64,000 bases of DNA, from contig DBGCDL010000013.1 in assembly GCA_048358235.1 (NCBI GenBank), positions 405-64,404 on the forward strand. Reading direction: 5' to 3'. How positions within the stretch are numbered: position 1 is the first letter of the stretch; every line of letters starts with the position of its first letter. Under the pieces are notes generated by a model. It saw only the letters and a list, made by a program, of their open reading frames with translations, searched no databases and was not told the DNA's origin. Below are positions 28,394 to 37,925 of the stretch, piece after piece. A program made the position numbers and the translations under genes. Origin of the DNA: Oscillospiraceae bacterium (lineage in GTDB: Bacteria > Bacillota > Clostridia > Oscillospirales > Ruminococcaceae).

Positions 28394-29965
28394 TTAATCC
28401 ATGGAAACCGGGAACATCATTTCTTCTACATATTGGTCCATGAAATAAGGGGAAGAGGAAAGCTCCAGATTTACAGCGCTCTTGGCGATGTCGTCGCTTT
28501 CCTTGTGCTCGGCCTCGCTGCAGAGGATGGCGTAAGCGCCGCCCAGCGCCGCGTTTCCGATGGATTTTAAGCGGGACGCCAGTTCGCCGGGGATGAGCCC
28601 GATTGCGGCGGCGCTTTCCGGCTTGATAAAGCTGCCGAAGCCCCCGGCCAGGAACAGATGGTCGACCTCCCCGGCTTCTACACCGACTTCATGCATCAGG
28701 GAGCGGATTCCCGCACAGATGGCTGCTTTGGCCAGCTGAACCGCCCGGAAGTCCTCCTGTGTGAGTAGAACACCGCTTTCTCCGATTTTCACCGCTTGCT
28801 TCCCCTGATATTCCGTCAGGAAGGGCAGATTTTCCTCGGTGTCCCCATCAATCCGCCCGGTTTCATCCACCAGCCCGGCGTGTAGGCAGGCAGCCACAGC
28901 GTCGATCAGCCCCGAACCGCAGATCCCGGTGGCCTTCTTCTGCCCGCCGATGGTCTTGTATGTAAAGCCATGGTCAAAGGTGACGTCGGAAATCGCACCG
29001 TCGATGGCGGCGGAACCCATGGTGATGCCGGCGCCTTCAAAGGCGGGACCGGCAGCCGTGGAGCAGCAGCAGAGCTTTCTGTCCCGGTAGACCGCCATTT
29101 CGCCGTTGGTGCCGATGTCCGCCATCACGTTGATGCCCTTCTTTTTGCGGATGCCGCTGGTAAGAATGGAGCAGGTGATGTCGCTGCCCACGAAGGCAGA
29201 GATGGTACGGGGGAGAAAAACGCAGGCATTTTTCAGAGTCCCAAACCGAAGCATGGAGTCGTCCACAATTCTGCCGAAATATTCGGTAATCGCAAAAGGA
29301 GAATGGGAAAGGGGTTCCGTGTCCACCTGGCAGAGAAGGTAGAGCATGGTTGTGTTGCCTGTGATAACGATGCTGTCCACCAGATCGGAAGAAATTCCGG
29401 CCTGACCGCACAGCTGCAGGAAGGTCTCCTCCAGACGCTCCCGGATCACATGGCTAAGCCGCTCCGCACCGCCGTCCAGCGCTTCCTGAATGCGGGAAAT
29501 GACGTCTGCGCCGAATGCGGACTGGGGATTGGAAAATGCCGCCTGGGCAATCTGCTTTCCCTGATTCCGGAAATCGCAGAGATAGATTGCTACCGTAGTG
29601 GTGCCGATGTCCACGGCAAATCCGTAGTTTTTGCCCATGGGGGCGTAATCCAGCCGGGCAGCCACCGAATCGGTGACAATGTGGGCGTTTTTTTGCAGAA
29701 GGCGAACCTCACAGTCCCCTTCCGCCCATGTCATGCAGGCGAGCCGCGTTCCATCCGCCAGCTCCGCACCCAGATGTTCGGTTTCCTGACGGGTAGGGGC
29801 AGAAAGACAGCCGGAGGCGTATACCCGGCATTTTCCGCAGACACCTCTGCCGTTGCAGGGCATATCGAAGGGAAAGCTGCCGGACTGGATGGCTTCGGAA
29901 AGCAGAATCCGTTCCCCACTGGAAACGACAGATTGTTTATCGCCGGAAGAAATCGTAATTTTCAA
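28394..29965 (-). CDS. RACo/AcsV-type reductive activator of corrinoid enzymes (2Fe-2S ferredoxin domain + ASKHA ATPase)
   Basis: N-terminal plant-type ferredoxin Cys pattern (CNGRGVCGKCRV...C), then an ASKHA/actin-fold body (FAVDIGTTTV, MADIGTNGEM, FLAGGFGSF); 523 aa. Confidence 0.8.
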   Translation of the reverse strand: MKITISSGDKQSVVSSGERILLSEAIQSGSFPFDMPCNGRGVCGKCRVYASGCLSAPTRQETEHLGAELADGTRLACMTWAEGDCEVRLLQKNAHIVTDSVAARLDYAPMGKNYGFAVDIGTTTVAIYLCDFRNQGKQIAQAAFSNPQSAFGADVISRIQEALDGGAERLSHVIRERLEETFLQLCGQAGISSDLVDSIVITGNTTMLYLLCQVDTEPLSHSPFAITEYFGRIVDDSMLRFGTLKNACVFLPRTISAFVGSDITCSILTSGIRKKKGINVMADIGTNGEMAVYRDRKLCCCSTAAGPAFEGAGITMGSAAIDGAISDVTFDHGFTYKTIGGQKKATGICGSGLIDAVAACLHAGLVDETGRIDGDTEENLPFLTEYQGKQAVKIGESGVLLTQEDFRAVQLAKAAICAGIRSLMHEVGVEAGEVDHLFLAGGFGSFIKPESAAAIGLIPGELASRLKSIGNAALGGAYAILCSEAEHKESDDIAKSAVNLELSSSPYFMDQYVEEMMFPVSMD

Positions 29966-30208
29966 AAGAAACGCTCCTTTTTATCAATTGGCGGAAAGCC
30001 GTGATTCCTCCGCCTGCGCACAAAATATCATAGTATCACTATAACGCTTTTTGAGGAAGAATGCTTGTATTTTATTATTATCTCTGGAAAAATTCCATGA
30101 AGCCAGATATAATAAAGAATGAGATCCTTCTGTAAAGCGTATTCCGTGGGGGCCGGAAAGGCGTATCCCGATGGGAAAAGACAAAACAAACAGAAAGGAA
30201 TTCCTCTT

Positions 30209-31006
30209 ATGAATATTCATATCATCGCCTGTCAGGTTTTTTACCGGGAGATCAGTTATCTGGCAGCGCTTTCTCCCAATGCCACCACTGTGACGTGGAT
30301 GCCCCAGGGGCTCCACGACACCCCGGAGCTTCTGCGGAAGGCGGTGGCTGCGGAAATTGACCGGGTGGAAACGGCGGTCCGTGAAAATTCGCTGAAGCGG
30401 AATCCCGATGTCATAGTGCTGGGATACGGGCTCTGTTCCAACGGAACCTGCGGCATCCGCTCGGGCACAATCCCCATTCTGGTTCCCCGGACGGACGACT
30501 GCATCGGCGTTTTTCTGGGTGCCCAGAAAACCTATCTGGAGCTGTTCTCCGGTTACCCCGGAACCTATTGGCTGAACAGTGGATGGATGGAATCCGCATT
30601 TTTGCCGGTGGCGGAGAATTATGCGGCCATGCGGGAGGAATACGCCCGGATGTACGGCGAGGACAACGCCGACTTTCTCATGGAGAATGAGACCGGATGG
30701 ATTCAGAACTACCATCACTGCGGGTATATCCGTTCCTGCGTTTACGAAGCTCCCGGCCTGAAGGAAAAAGCGGAGGCGATCGCGAGGGACTGCGGCTGGA
30801 AATTCCATGAGTTTGAGGGTTCGCTTCGGCTCCTTTCCCGGCTTCTTTCCGGAGAATGCCAGGAGGGGGATGAGGAGATACTCTTCTGTCCGCCCCATCA
30901 TGAAATTGTCCAGGCCTATGACGCAAGGAAGATCTCCGCCGTGCCTCTTGCCACAGAAGCGCAGGCGGAAAAGCAGACTGCCGCAGGAGCGGCAAAAGGA
31001 AAGTAA
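30209..31006 (+). CDS. DUF1638-like protein
   Basis: Pattern IHIIACQVFYREI, VIVLGYGLCSNGTCG, PRTDDCIGVFLG recalled from DUF1638 family members. ATG 30209 with an AGAAAGGAA RBS. Confidence 0.6.
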   Translation: MNIHIIACQVFYREISYLAALSPNATTVTWMPQGLHDTPELLRKAVAAEIDRVETAVRENSLKRNPDVIVLGYGLCSNGTCGIRSGTIPILVPRTDDCIGVFLGAQKTYLELFSGYPGTYWLNSGWMESAFLPVAENYAAMREEYARMYGEDNADFLMENETGWIQNYHHCGYIRSCVYEAPGLKEKAEAIARDCGWKFHEFEGSLRLLSRLLSGECQEGDEEILFCPPHHEIVQAYDARKISAVPLATEAQAEKQTAAGAAKGK

Positions 31007-31019
31007 AGTATGAGAATGA

Positions 31020-32249
31020 GTGAGGGTGATATGGTTGACAACGGCAGTCATTGAAAAACTGCAAAAATACGCGCGGCATCTTTCCCGGTTGTTTCATGCC
31101 AATTGCCGGATCGTCGACACGGTCAACCAGTGCTTTATCGGGGATATTTTCGGCAGCGGGCCTTATTTCGGAAACTTCTGCCACAACTCCAGCTGCAATT
31201 TGTTCCACAGCTATTTTTACGGGTGCAGCGAAGCCTACCGCTGGGGCGGAAAGTATATCTACTACTGCCACGAGGGCTTTGTGTTCATTGCTTCTTCGGT
31301 TTCCGACGACATCGGGAATCTGGCGGGCGGTCTGGTGCTGGGCCCCATTATCATGGGGGATCTCGGAGACGCCATTGCCGACTTTAACAGCCGGGAAAAT
31401 GTGGACAAGCTGCCCGGCATGGCCAATATGTCCACCGGGGATATCAACGATGTGGCGGAAATCATGGCCGCAATCACCGAGTACATTACCGGTGTGTCCC
31501 ACAGCCTTTTGGGAAATGTCTCCTATAAGCAGGAGGACATTCTTCAAACCATTTATGCCGAAAAGAAAATCAGCGAGGAAGAAGCCTTTGCCTACCCCAT
31601 CGAGATGGAGCGAAAGCTGAAAACCGTGATTCACGACGGGGACAAGCAGGGGGCGCAGGCATTGCTGAATGATCTGCTGGCGAAAATTTTTCTTATCTCC
31701 AATTTTGATATGGAGACCAGCAAAATTCGGATTATCGAGCTGCTGACCGTTCTGTCCCGGGCCACCATTGACGCGGGTGCCGATTCCAACGAGATCATCT
31801 GGTTCAATACCAGCTGCGCCAAGGAGCTGCAGAAATGCGGCACTGTGGACGAGCTCAGTGCGTGGATCACCGAGATCATGCACCGGTTTATCAGCTATGC
31901 TTTCGATTTCTCGGCGGTGAAGCATTCGGACACCGTGTATAAGGTGATCGAATATATCCGGGCGAATTACTATAAAAAAATTGCGCTGGACGATATCGCC
32001 CAGCATGTCAATTTCAGCAAAACTTATCTTAGCCGGATTTTCAAAGAGGAAACCGGAGAGAATATCTCCATGTACATCAACAAAATCCGGATTGAAAAGG
32101 CGAAGCTGCTTTTGGCCGACAAGGAAATCAGTCTGGTGGACGTGGCGAATATGGTGGGGTTTGAGGACCAAAGCTATTTTACGAAGGTGTTCAAAGCTGT
32201 CACCGGTATCCCGCCCAAGAAATTCAAGGAGACCCGCTCTAAGTTCTGA
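31020..32249 (+). CDS. AraC-family regulator with N-terminal PocR sensor domain
   Basis: PocR-type Cys/aromatic-rich N-terminal domain (..FCHNSSC..YGCSEAYRWGGKYIYYCHEGFVFIAS..GPIIMGD..) and a C-terminal double HTH (..VGFEDQSYFTKVFKAVTGIPPKKFK). The start may be TTG 31035 (GAGGGTGA RBS). Confidence 0.85.
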   Translation: MRVIWLTTAVIEKLQKYARHLSRLFHANCRIVDTVNQCFIGDIFGSGPYFGNFCHNSSCNLFHSYFYGCSEAYRWGGKYIYYCHEGFVFIASSVSDDIGNLAGGLVLGPIIMGDLGDAIADFNSRENVDKLPGMANMSTGDINDVAEIMAAITEYITGVSHSLLGNVSYKQEDILQTIYAEKKISEEEAFAYPIEMERKLKTVIHDGDKQGAQALLNDLLAKIFLISNFDMETSKIRIIELLTVLSRATIDAGADSNEIIWFNTSCAKELQKCGTVDELSAWITEIMHRFISYAFDFSAVKHSDTVYKVIEYIRANYYKKIALDDIAQHVNFSKTYLSRIFKEETGENISMYINKIRIEKAKLLLADKEISLVDVANMVGFEDQSYFTKVFKAVTGIPPKKFKETRSKF

Positions 32250-32266
32250 CGGAGAATAAACCGGCA

Positions 32267-32310
32267 AAAGGACCGAAAAACGACAGGTTTTCCGGTCCTT
32301 TTTTGTTTTG
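32267..32310 (+). terminator. Intrinsic terminator after the PocR-AraC gene
   Basis: AAAGGACCG..CGGTCCTTTTTTGTTTT. Confidence 0.65.
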
Positions 32311-32402
32311 AAACGATTCGTGAGAAATTGAGCGATAGCTAGAATTTTGAAGAGAAAAAGAGAGATAGAGGGATGTAAATTAAAAAAACGGAGTTTTTGG
32401 CG

Positions 32403-32431
32403 TTGACAAGCCTTTGTCCCTTCGTTATAAT
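32403..32431 (+). promoter_or_regulatory. Consensus sigma-A promoter of rplM-rpsI (TTGACA-17-TATAAT)
   Basis: TTGACA at 32403-32408 and TATAAT at 32426-32431 with a 17-nt spacer. The ~58-nt leader has the hairpin CCGGGTAGTTCCGG (possible L13 autoregulatory leader). Confidence 0.7.
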
Positions 32432-32489
32432 AGGATTACTGTGAATGCCGGGTAGTTCCGGCTGATAACAAACTGGAGGTAAAACGATT

Positions 32490-32918
32490 ATGTCTACAAC
32501 AATGGCAAACGCGAAAACCATTAGCCGGAAATGGTATATATTAGACGCCGCTGATATGCCGGTAGGCCGGATTGCTGCAAAAGCGGCAACTCTTCTTCGC
32601 GGCAAGCATAAACCCAGCTACACTCCCAACGTTGACTGCGGCGATCATGTCATCGTCCTCAACGCGGCAAAGGCTGTCTTTACCGGCAACAAGATGCTCA
32701 AAAAGAAATATTACCGTCACACCGGCTGGATCGGCAATATGAAAGAAATGACCGCTTCCGAAATGATGGAAAAGACTCCGGACAGAGCAATGATGCTGGC
32801 TGTCAAGGGAATGATCCCCGACAGCACTCTGGGCAGAACACAGCTCGCCAGACTTAGAGTTTACAAGGGCGCAGAGCATGACAATGCCGCTCAGAAACCT
32901 GAAGTTTATCCGTACTAA
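32490..32918 (+). CDS. rplM: 50S ribosomal protein L13
   Basis: 142 aa; RKWYILDA.. opening and overall L13 sequence; GGAGG RBS. Confidence 0.97.
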   Translation: MSTTMANAKTISRKWYILDAADMPVGRIAAKAATLLRGKHKPSYTPNVDCGDHVIVLNAAKAVFTGNKMLKKKYYRHTGWIGNMKEMTASEMMEKTPDRAMMLAVKGMIPDSTLGRTQLARLRVYKGAEHDNAAQKPEVYPY

Positions 32919-32958
32919 TCCACCCATTTGTGATAAAAAATATTAGGAGGCAATTTAG

Positions 32959-33357
32959 ATGTACGAATCACGCCCATATTTTTATGGAACAGGCAGAAGA
33001 AAAAGCTCTGTAGCCAGAGTTCACGTATATGCCGGCAGCGGAAAAGTCACCATCAACGGCAGAGACATTGATGATTATTTTGGTCTGGAGACCTTGAAGC
33101 TCATCGTAAACCAGCCCCTGGAGCTGACCAATACGGTCGGACAGTTTGATATTGTCTGCACAGTTGCCGGCGGCGGTGTTACCGGTCAGGCCGGTGCCAT
33201 TCGTCACGGTCTGTCCAGAGCGCTGCTCCAGTTTGATCCCGAGATGCGCACAACCCTGAAAAAAGCGGGCTTCCTGACCCGTGACCCGAGAATGAAAGAG
33301 CGTAAGAAATACGGCCTCAAGGCTGCACGTCGCGCACCCCAGTTCTCCAAGAGATAA
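32959..33357 (+). CDS. rpsI: 30S ribosomal protein S9
   Basis: 132 aa; ends ..[11 protein letters not shown], the S9 hallmark. Confidence 0.97.
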   Translation: MYESRPYFYGTGRRKSSVARVHVYAGSGKVTINGRDIDDYFGLETLKLIVNQPLELTNTVGQFDIVCTVAGGGVTGQAGAIRHGLSRALLQFDPEMRTTLKKAGFLTRDPRMKERKKYGLKAARRAPQFSKR

Positions 33358-33368
33358 TTACAAACAGA

Positions 33369-33410
33369 AAAGCCCCGAAACCGCAATGGTTTCGGGGTTT
33401 GTTTGATTTT
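33369..33410. terminator. Intrinsic terminator after rpsI
   Basis: CCCCGAAACC-GCAAT-GGTTTCGGGG followed by a T-rich tract. Confidence 0.8.
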
Positions 33411-33449
33411 AGCGGCATTTTCTGCTCAAGGACGCCGGGAGAGGAAATC

Positions 33450-34225
33450 CTATCGGGAAACAAGCGGCAGGATTTGAAAGATCACCCACAAGATTCCCAG
33501 CACAACGGGTTGATGAAACAGATAGATGATGAGGGTGTTTCTGCCAAGGAAGGCAAGAGGGGGACAATGGGAGGCGTAGATCCATGCGGGCATCCGATGC
33601 TCCCTGACCGGGCGCCCGAAGAAGCTGCCTGCCAGAAAACAGAAAATCCAGGGAAAAACGGAAAAATAGTCTCCGGAAAAAAAGTCCGGGCCGGGAAACC
33701 CCAGCCAAAAGAGCCATTTGAGGTCATAAACGGCGCGGGGAATGGGAACGGAAAAGCCGGGAAGGCCAAGCATTCCCTCCGGCACATGAAATGTGAGGGC
33801 AAAGAGCAGAAAGCATCCGATCATTCCCCACAGGGGCGGTATTTTTTGAGCAGAGGGGAGAGGAGCGGAAAGAGCATCATGCACAGCCCCAGCAGGTGAA
33901 GGATGCCGAAAAGGATCAGTTCACCGGGAGCGAAAACGGCGGTGCCGATGGTCATCACCAGGCCGAAGCCGAAACAGATGGCGCCCCTTTTCAGATTGTT
34001 GCGGGAAAACTGGCACGAGGCCCCGGAGATAAAGATAAACAGCCCTGCGAAAAAGAAAACCAACGCCTGTACAAAGGAGGAGTAAAACGCCGGGATATCC
34101 ACGCCAAAGAGGATGACAAGGTCAAAAAAAGTATGGTAAACCACCATTAAAAAGATGGCCAGTCCCCGCAGCTCGTCAATGAGATGAACCCGGTCAGGTG
34201 AGTCTTTTTTCATCGTTATGTCCAT
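33450..34225 (-). pseudogene. DUF1624 / heparan-alpha-glucosaminide N-acetyltransferase-like membrane acyltransferase, split by a 1-nt frameshift in an A6 run
   Basis: ORFs 33821-34225 and 33450-33884 overlap in different frames. One extra A in the minus-strand AAAAAA (plus-strand T-run 33843-33848) would read through as ..LLSPLLKKIPPLWGMIGCF.. Confidence 0.7.
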
Positions 34226-34466
34226 GCCTTTCTGCCGGAAGCGTGATGCCGTTCCCGGCTTGTCCGAATTTTATGCTGATTTTTAAGCTTGCGCCCAACC
34301 CATGGCGCACATTTTCGGATCCTTTTCCCTACCTATCCTACCGCACGGAAGTTCTTTTGTAAAGCAAAAGAAGGATCAGGAAAAAATTTCCATGAAACCG
34401 GCGGGCGAATGCCGGAATATTTGGGAAATTGCTGTCAAAAACAGGCGGATTCCCAGGAACGGCGGC

Positions 34467-34495
34467 TTTACAAAAGGGATGGTTTGTATTATACT
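34467..34495 (+). promoter_or_regulatory. Putative sigma-A promoter upstream of zapA (TTTACA-17-TATACT)
   Basis: TTTACA at 34467-34472 and TATACT at 34490-34495. Leaves a ~145-nt GC-rich leader before zapA. Confidence 0.45.
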
Positions 34496-34646
34496 AAAAA
34501 TAACTGTCAGCGGGCTTTTTACTCGGCGGGATTCGCCTTCCGCAGCGGGCGGCCCTCTGCCGCCCGGCGGCCTATCATTGTGCGGGTCCGCCTTGGGCAG
34601 GAGCTGTGCAAGCCCCGGTCTGCCAGAAAGGATTGACTGAACGAAT

Positions 34647-35024
34647 ATGAATCGAATTAAAATTGTATTATCCGGAAAAGAATATACCATCCAGACAGAG
34701 GAAAGCGTTACCTATGTGAAACAGTTGGCGGAATCGCTGGACGCCAAAATTGAGGAGTATATGAGCCAGAATGACTCCATCTCCGTTACGTCCGCCTGCA
34801 TGCTGGTGTCGCTGGGATTGATGGACGACTGCGTCAAGGCGGCCTCGGACAAGGATAACCTCCGCAAGCAGGTCATTGATTATCTGGAGGAGGCCACCAA
34901 GTCCCGCAACGAAATTACAGAGCTGAAAAAGGAAATCGAACGGCTGAAGCAGAAATGCGAAGTGCTTTCTGTCAAGCTGCTGACTTATGGAGACAAGGAA
35001 ACGGCCGCCGATGAATCACTCTGA
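34647..35024 (+). CDS. zapA: Cell division protein ZapA
   Basis: 125 aa; ..IKIVLSGKEYTIQTEES..YVKQLA.. N-terminal fold followed by a C-terminal coiled coil. Confidence 0.85.
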   Translation: MNRIKIVLSGKEYTIQTEESVTYVKQLAESLDAKIEEYMSQNDSISVTSACMLVSLGLMDDCVKAASDKDNLRKQVIDYLEEATKSRNEITELKKEIERLKQKCEVLSVKLLTYGDKETAADESL

Positions 35025-37110
35025 TCGAATTCTTCACCCCGAACTGCTTCTTCCCGCCGGAGACCCGGAGTCCGTCCGGGCGGCGGTGCAGAACGGCGGG
35101 GATGCGGTTTATCTGGGAGGTCGGCTTTTTTCCGCCCGGCAGAATGCCAGAAACTTTGAGGAAAGTGAACTGGAAGAAGCCGTGCGCTACTGCCACGCCA
35201 GAGGTGTTAAGGTCTATCAGACCCTTAACACCCTTCTTTTTGACGGACAGCTTTCCGGCGCTGAGGAAGCCATCCGCACCGGCGCCCGGCTGGGAATGGA
35301 CGCGTTTATCGTCCAGGACTGGGGCGTTGTTTCGCTGATCCAGAAAATCTGTCCGGGGATGCGGATTCACGGCTCCACCCAGATGGCGGTTCATACCCCT
35401 GCGGGAGCCCGGCTTCTGAAACGGATGGGGGCCAAGCGGGTGGTGCTGGCGCGAGAGCTTTCCCTGACGGAAATCCGGGAGATTACGGAAGCGGTGGACA
35501 TAGAAACGGAAGTTTTCGTTCACGGCGCGCTGTGTATGTCCCTGTCGGGCCAATGCTACATGAGCGGCATGATCGGCGGACGGAGCGGAAACCGGGGCTG
35601 TTGTGCCGGAACCTGCCGATTGCCGTTTTCTGCCGTGGGAAAACCCTCTCCGTCCGAGCCGGAATACGCCCTTTCTCTCAAGGATCTCTGCCTTGTAGAG
35701 CAGCTCGGGGCACTGGCTGAGGCGGGAGTTACCTCGCTGAAGGTGGAGGGGAGGATGAAACGCCCCGAATATGTGGCAGCTGCCGCCGGCGCTTATTCCG
35801 CCGCCCTGCTGGGGGAACGGGCGGACGTGGAGGCCCTGAAAGCGGTATTTTCCCGCAGCGGTTTTACCGACGGCTATTTTACCGGTCATACCGGCGCAGA
35901 GATGTTCGGCTTCCGGCAGAAGGAAGATGTGACCGCCGCCACCCCCAAGGTGCTGAAAACGCTGGAAAACAGCTATAAAAACGAAAAAGGCCGGGTTCCG
36001 CTGGAGATGCGGCTGACCATGGCGGCCGGCCGGCCGGTGGAGCTGACAGCCCGGGACGCGGACGGGAATTCCGCCTGCATTCTGGGGGAAATTCCCCAGC
36101 AGGCCCAGAGCCGGCCCTCCTCGGCGGAGGGACTGGGCGCTTCCCTGAAAAAGCTGGGAGGAAGCATTTTCGTGCCCGGGAAGGTTGACGTGACGGCGGA
36201 AGAAAATCTGTTTCTCCCCGCGGCGGAGGTGAACCGTCTCCGGCGGGAGGTATGCGTCCAGCTGGAGGACCAGCGCTCCCGGCTGAAGCCCGTCAGCTGC
36301 AGGGATACCACAGCGGCAGAGCTTCTGTCCGGCAGCCAAAAGGCACAGACGCCCGAAAAGGCGGAGCTCCGCTTCCGCTTTTCCCGGTATGGCCAGATTC
36401 CCTTTGATGAAATGGGAGATTCTCTTTTTTCTCTTCCGGCGGATGAAGCAATCCGGGAAGCAGAATCGTTGAAAAGATATGCGGACCGGCTGCTGATTGA
36501 ACCGGATCGGGCCATGTTCGGGCGGGAAAAAGCTGTTTTGGGGCAGCTCTCCGAGTTGAAGAGCAAAGGCCTTTTCCGGATTTTATGCAATAACATCGCC
36601 CATGTGGAGCTTGCCCGTCAGCTGGGCCTGACTGCCCACGGCGGACCGTTCCTCAACTGTACCAATTCGCTTTCGGCGGCATGGCTGGAAAAGCAGGGGC
36701 TTTCCGACTGCCACCTTTCATTTGAGATGAATCTTACCGATGCCCGCAGACTTCGCTCCCCCATTCCGGCGGGACTTGTGGTCTACGGACACCTTCCCCT
36801 GATGCTGGTTCGGAACTGCCCCATTCGCAGCCGGATGACCTGCGGCGAATGCGGGGGGAAGCGATCCCTCACCGACCGGACAGGCATGCGGTTCCGGGTG
36901 GAATGCCGGAACCGGCGCTATTCGGAAATTTATAACGGCAATGTGCTTTGGATGGGCGACCGCCTGTCCGAGCTGGAGGGCTTTTCCTTCCTGACCTTCT
37001 GGTTTACCACGGAGGACAGGGAAGAATGCCGGAATGCCATAACACGTTACCGCCAGGGGCTTCCCGCGGAAAAGGAGTTTACCCGGGGGCTTTATTACCG
37101 CAGCGTATGA
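35011..37110 (+). CDS. Peptidase U32 family protein (long form)
   Basis: ELLLPAGDPESVRAAVQNGGDAVYLGG opening; U32 signature region ..ETEVFVHGALCMSLSGQCYMS... ATG 35011 overlaps the zapA stop. Confidence 0.85.
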   Translation: MNHSDRILHPELLLPAGDPESVRAAVQNGGDAVYLGGRLFSARQNARNFEESELEEAVRYCHARGVKVYQTLNTLLFDGQLSGAEEAIRTGARLGMDAFIVQDWGVVSLIQKICPGMRIHGSTQMAVHTPAGARLLKRMGAKRVVLARELSLTEIREITEAVDIETEVFVHGALCMSLSGQCYMSGMIGGRSGNRGCCAGTCRLPFSAVGKPSPSEPEYALSLKDLCLVEQLGALAEAGVTSLKVEGRMKRPEYVAAAAGAYSAALLGERADVEALKAVFSRSGFTDGYFTGHTGAEMFGFRQKEDVTAATPKVLKTLENSYKNEKGRVPLEMRLTMAAGRPVELTARDADGNSACILGEIPQQAQSRPSSAEGLGASLKKLGGSIFVPGKVDVTAEENLFLPAAEVNRLRREVCVQLEDQRSRLKPVSCRDTTAAELLSGSQKAQTPEKAELRFRFSRYGQIPFDEMGDSLFSLPADEAIREAESLKRYADRLLIEPDRAMFGREKAVLGQLSELKSKGLFRILCNNIAHVELARQLGLTAHGGPFLNCTNSLSAAWLEKQGLSDCHLSFEMNLTDARRLRSPIPAGLVVYGHLPLMLVRNCPIRSRMTCGECGGKRSLTDRTGMRFRVECRNRRYSEIYNGNVLWMGDRLSELEGFSFLTFWFTTEDREECRNAITRYRQGLPAEKEFTRGLYYRSV

Positions 37111-37146
37111 AATGCGGGGAAGGCTTTGAAAGGATGAAATGAAAAG

Positions 37147-37584
37147 ATGAAGACCCTGAAGGTAAAGCGCCTGACTGAAACGGCAAAGCTGCCCTTTCGT
37201 GCCACCGAAGGCAGCGCGGGATACGATCTCTGTGCCGACGAGGAGGTAACCATTCATCCTCGGGAGGCGGTGCGGGTGAAGATCGGGCTGGCCGTTTCCA
37301 TCGGCGATCCTGCCGTGGTGGGACTGGTGTATGCCCGCAGCGGGCTTGCGTTCCGGTTCGGCATCGCCCCCATCAACTGTGTGGGAGTGATTGACAGCGA
37401 CTACCGGGGGGAGCTTCAGGTTCCTCTCACCAATCACGGCACCGCCCCCTACACGATCCATCCCGGCGACCGGATTGCCCAGCTGGTGCTGGCGCCTGTC
37501 TATACGCCGGAAATCGAGGAGGTTTCCGAGCTGGATGAAACCGTCCGGGGAGAGGGCGGATTCGGCTCCACCGCGCTGCGCTGA
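37147..37584 (+). CDS. dut: dUTP diphosphatase
   Basis: 145 aa; dUTPase motifs GSAGYDL, GVIDSDYRGE, RGEGGFGST. Confidence 0.93.
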   Translation: MKTLKVKRLTETAKLPFRATEGSAGYDLCADEEVTIHPREAVRVKIGLAVSIGDPAVVGLVYARSGLAFRFGIAPINCVGVIDSDYRGELQVPLTNHGTAPYTIHPGDRIAQLVLAPVYTPEIEEVSELDETVRGEGGFGSTALR

Positions 37585-37623
37585 AAATGACGGCGTGAGG
37601 CTTTGACGGAAAGGATTTTTCAT

Positions 37624-37893
37624 ATGAAATGGAAACGGACACTGGTATTTATCCTGTTCTTCCTGGCGGGAATTATTCTGGGGGCACTGCTGACCCAGCT
37701 CTGCGGGAAGGTGAGCTTTTTGAACTGGCTCTGTCTGGGGCAGAACATCGGGGTGGGCTATCCTTCCCCCATTACAGTGGATCTTTCCGTGGTAAAGCTG
37801 TCCTTCGGCTTTGGGGTGGACATCAATATCATAAAAATGATTTCCATCATTTTCTGCCTGTGGCTGTATAAGGTGTTTTCCAAGGGAATCTGA
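37624..37893 (+). CDS. Small membrane protein, DUF4321-like
   Basis: ~90 aa, one N-terminal TM segment, typical position upstream of maf in Clostridia. Family assignment is from memory. Confidence 0.5.
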   Translation: MKWKRTLVFILFFLAGIILGALLTQLCGKVSFLNWLCLGQNIGVGYPSPITVDLSVVKLSFGFGVDINIIKMISIIFCLWLYKVFSKGI

Positions 37894-37925
37894 CACCCCT
37901 GCGGAGAATGAAAGGAGAAAAGCAT

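Noticed and set aside
30678-32267. 529-aa minus-strand ORF antisense to DUF1638 and the PocR-AraC gene
   Set aside because: Same antisense-ORF artefact; the sense-strand products have clear family signatures.
33821-33884. Treating the two overlapping minus-strand ORFs as separate small membrane-protein genes
   Set aside because: Together they reconstitute one DUF1624-type protein. The join maps exactly to an A6 homopolymer, so a frameshift is the more economical explanation.
34504-34626. 6S RNA (ssrS) next to zapA, by analogy with E. coli synteny
   Set aside because: The closed domain is only ~120 nt, against ~180-200 nt for typical 6S RNAs. It lies upstream rather than downstream of zapA, and I could not identify the central-bubble architecture. 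It is kept only as an unassigned structured leader.
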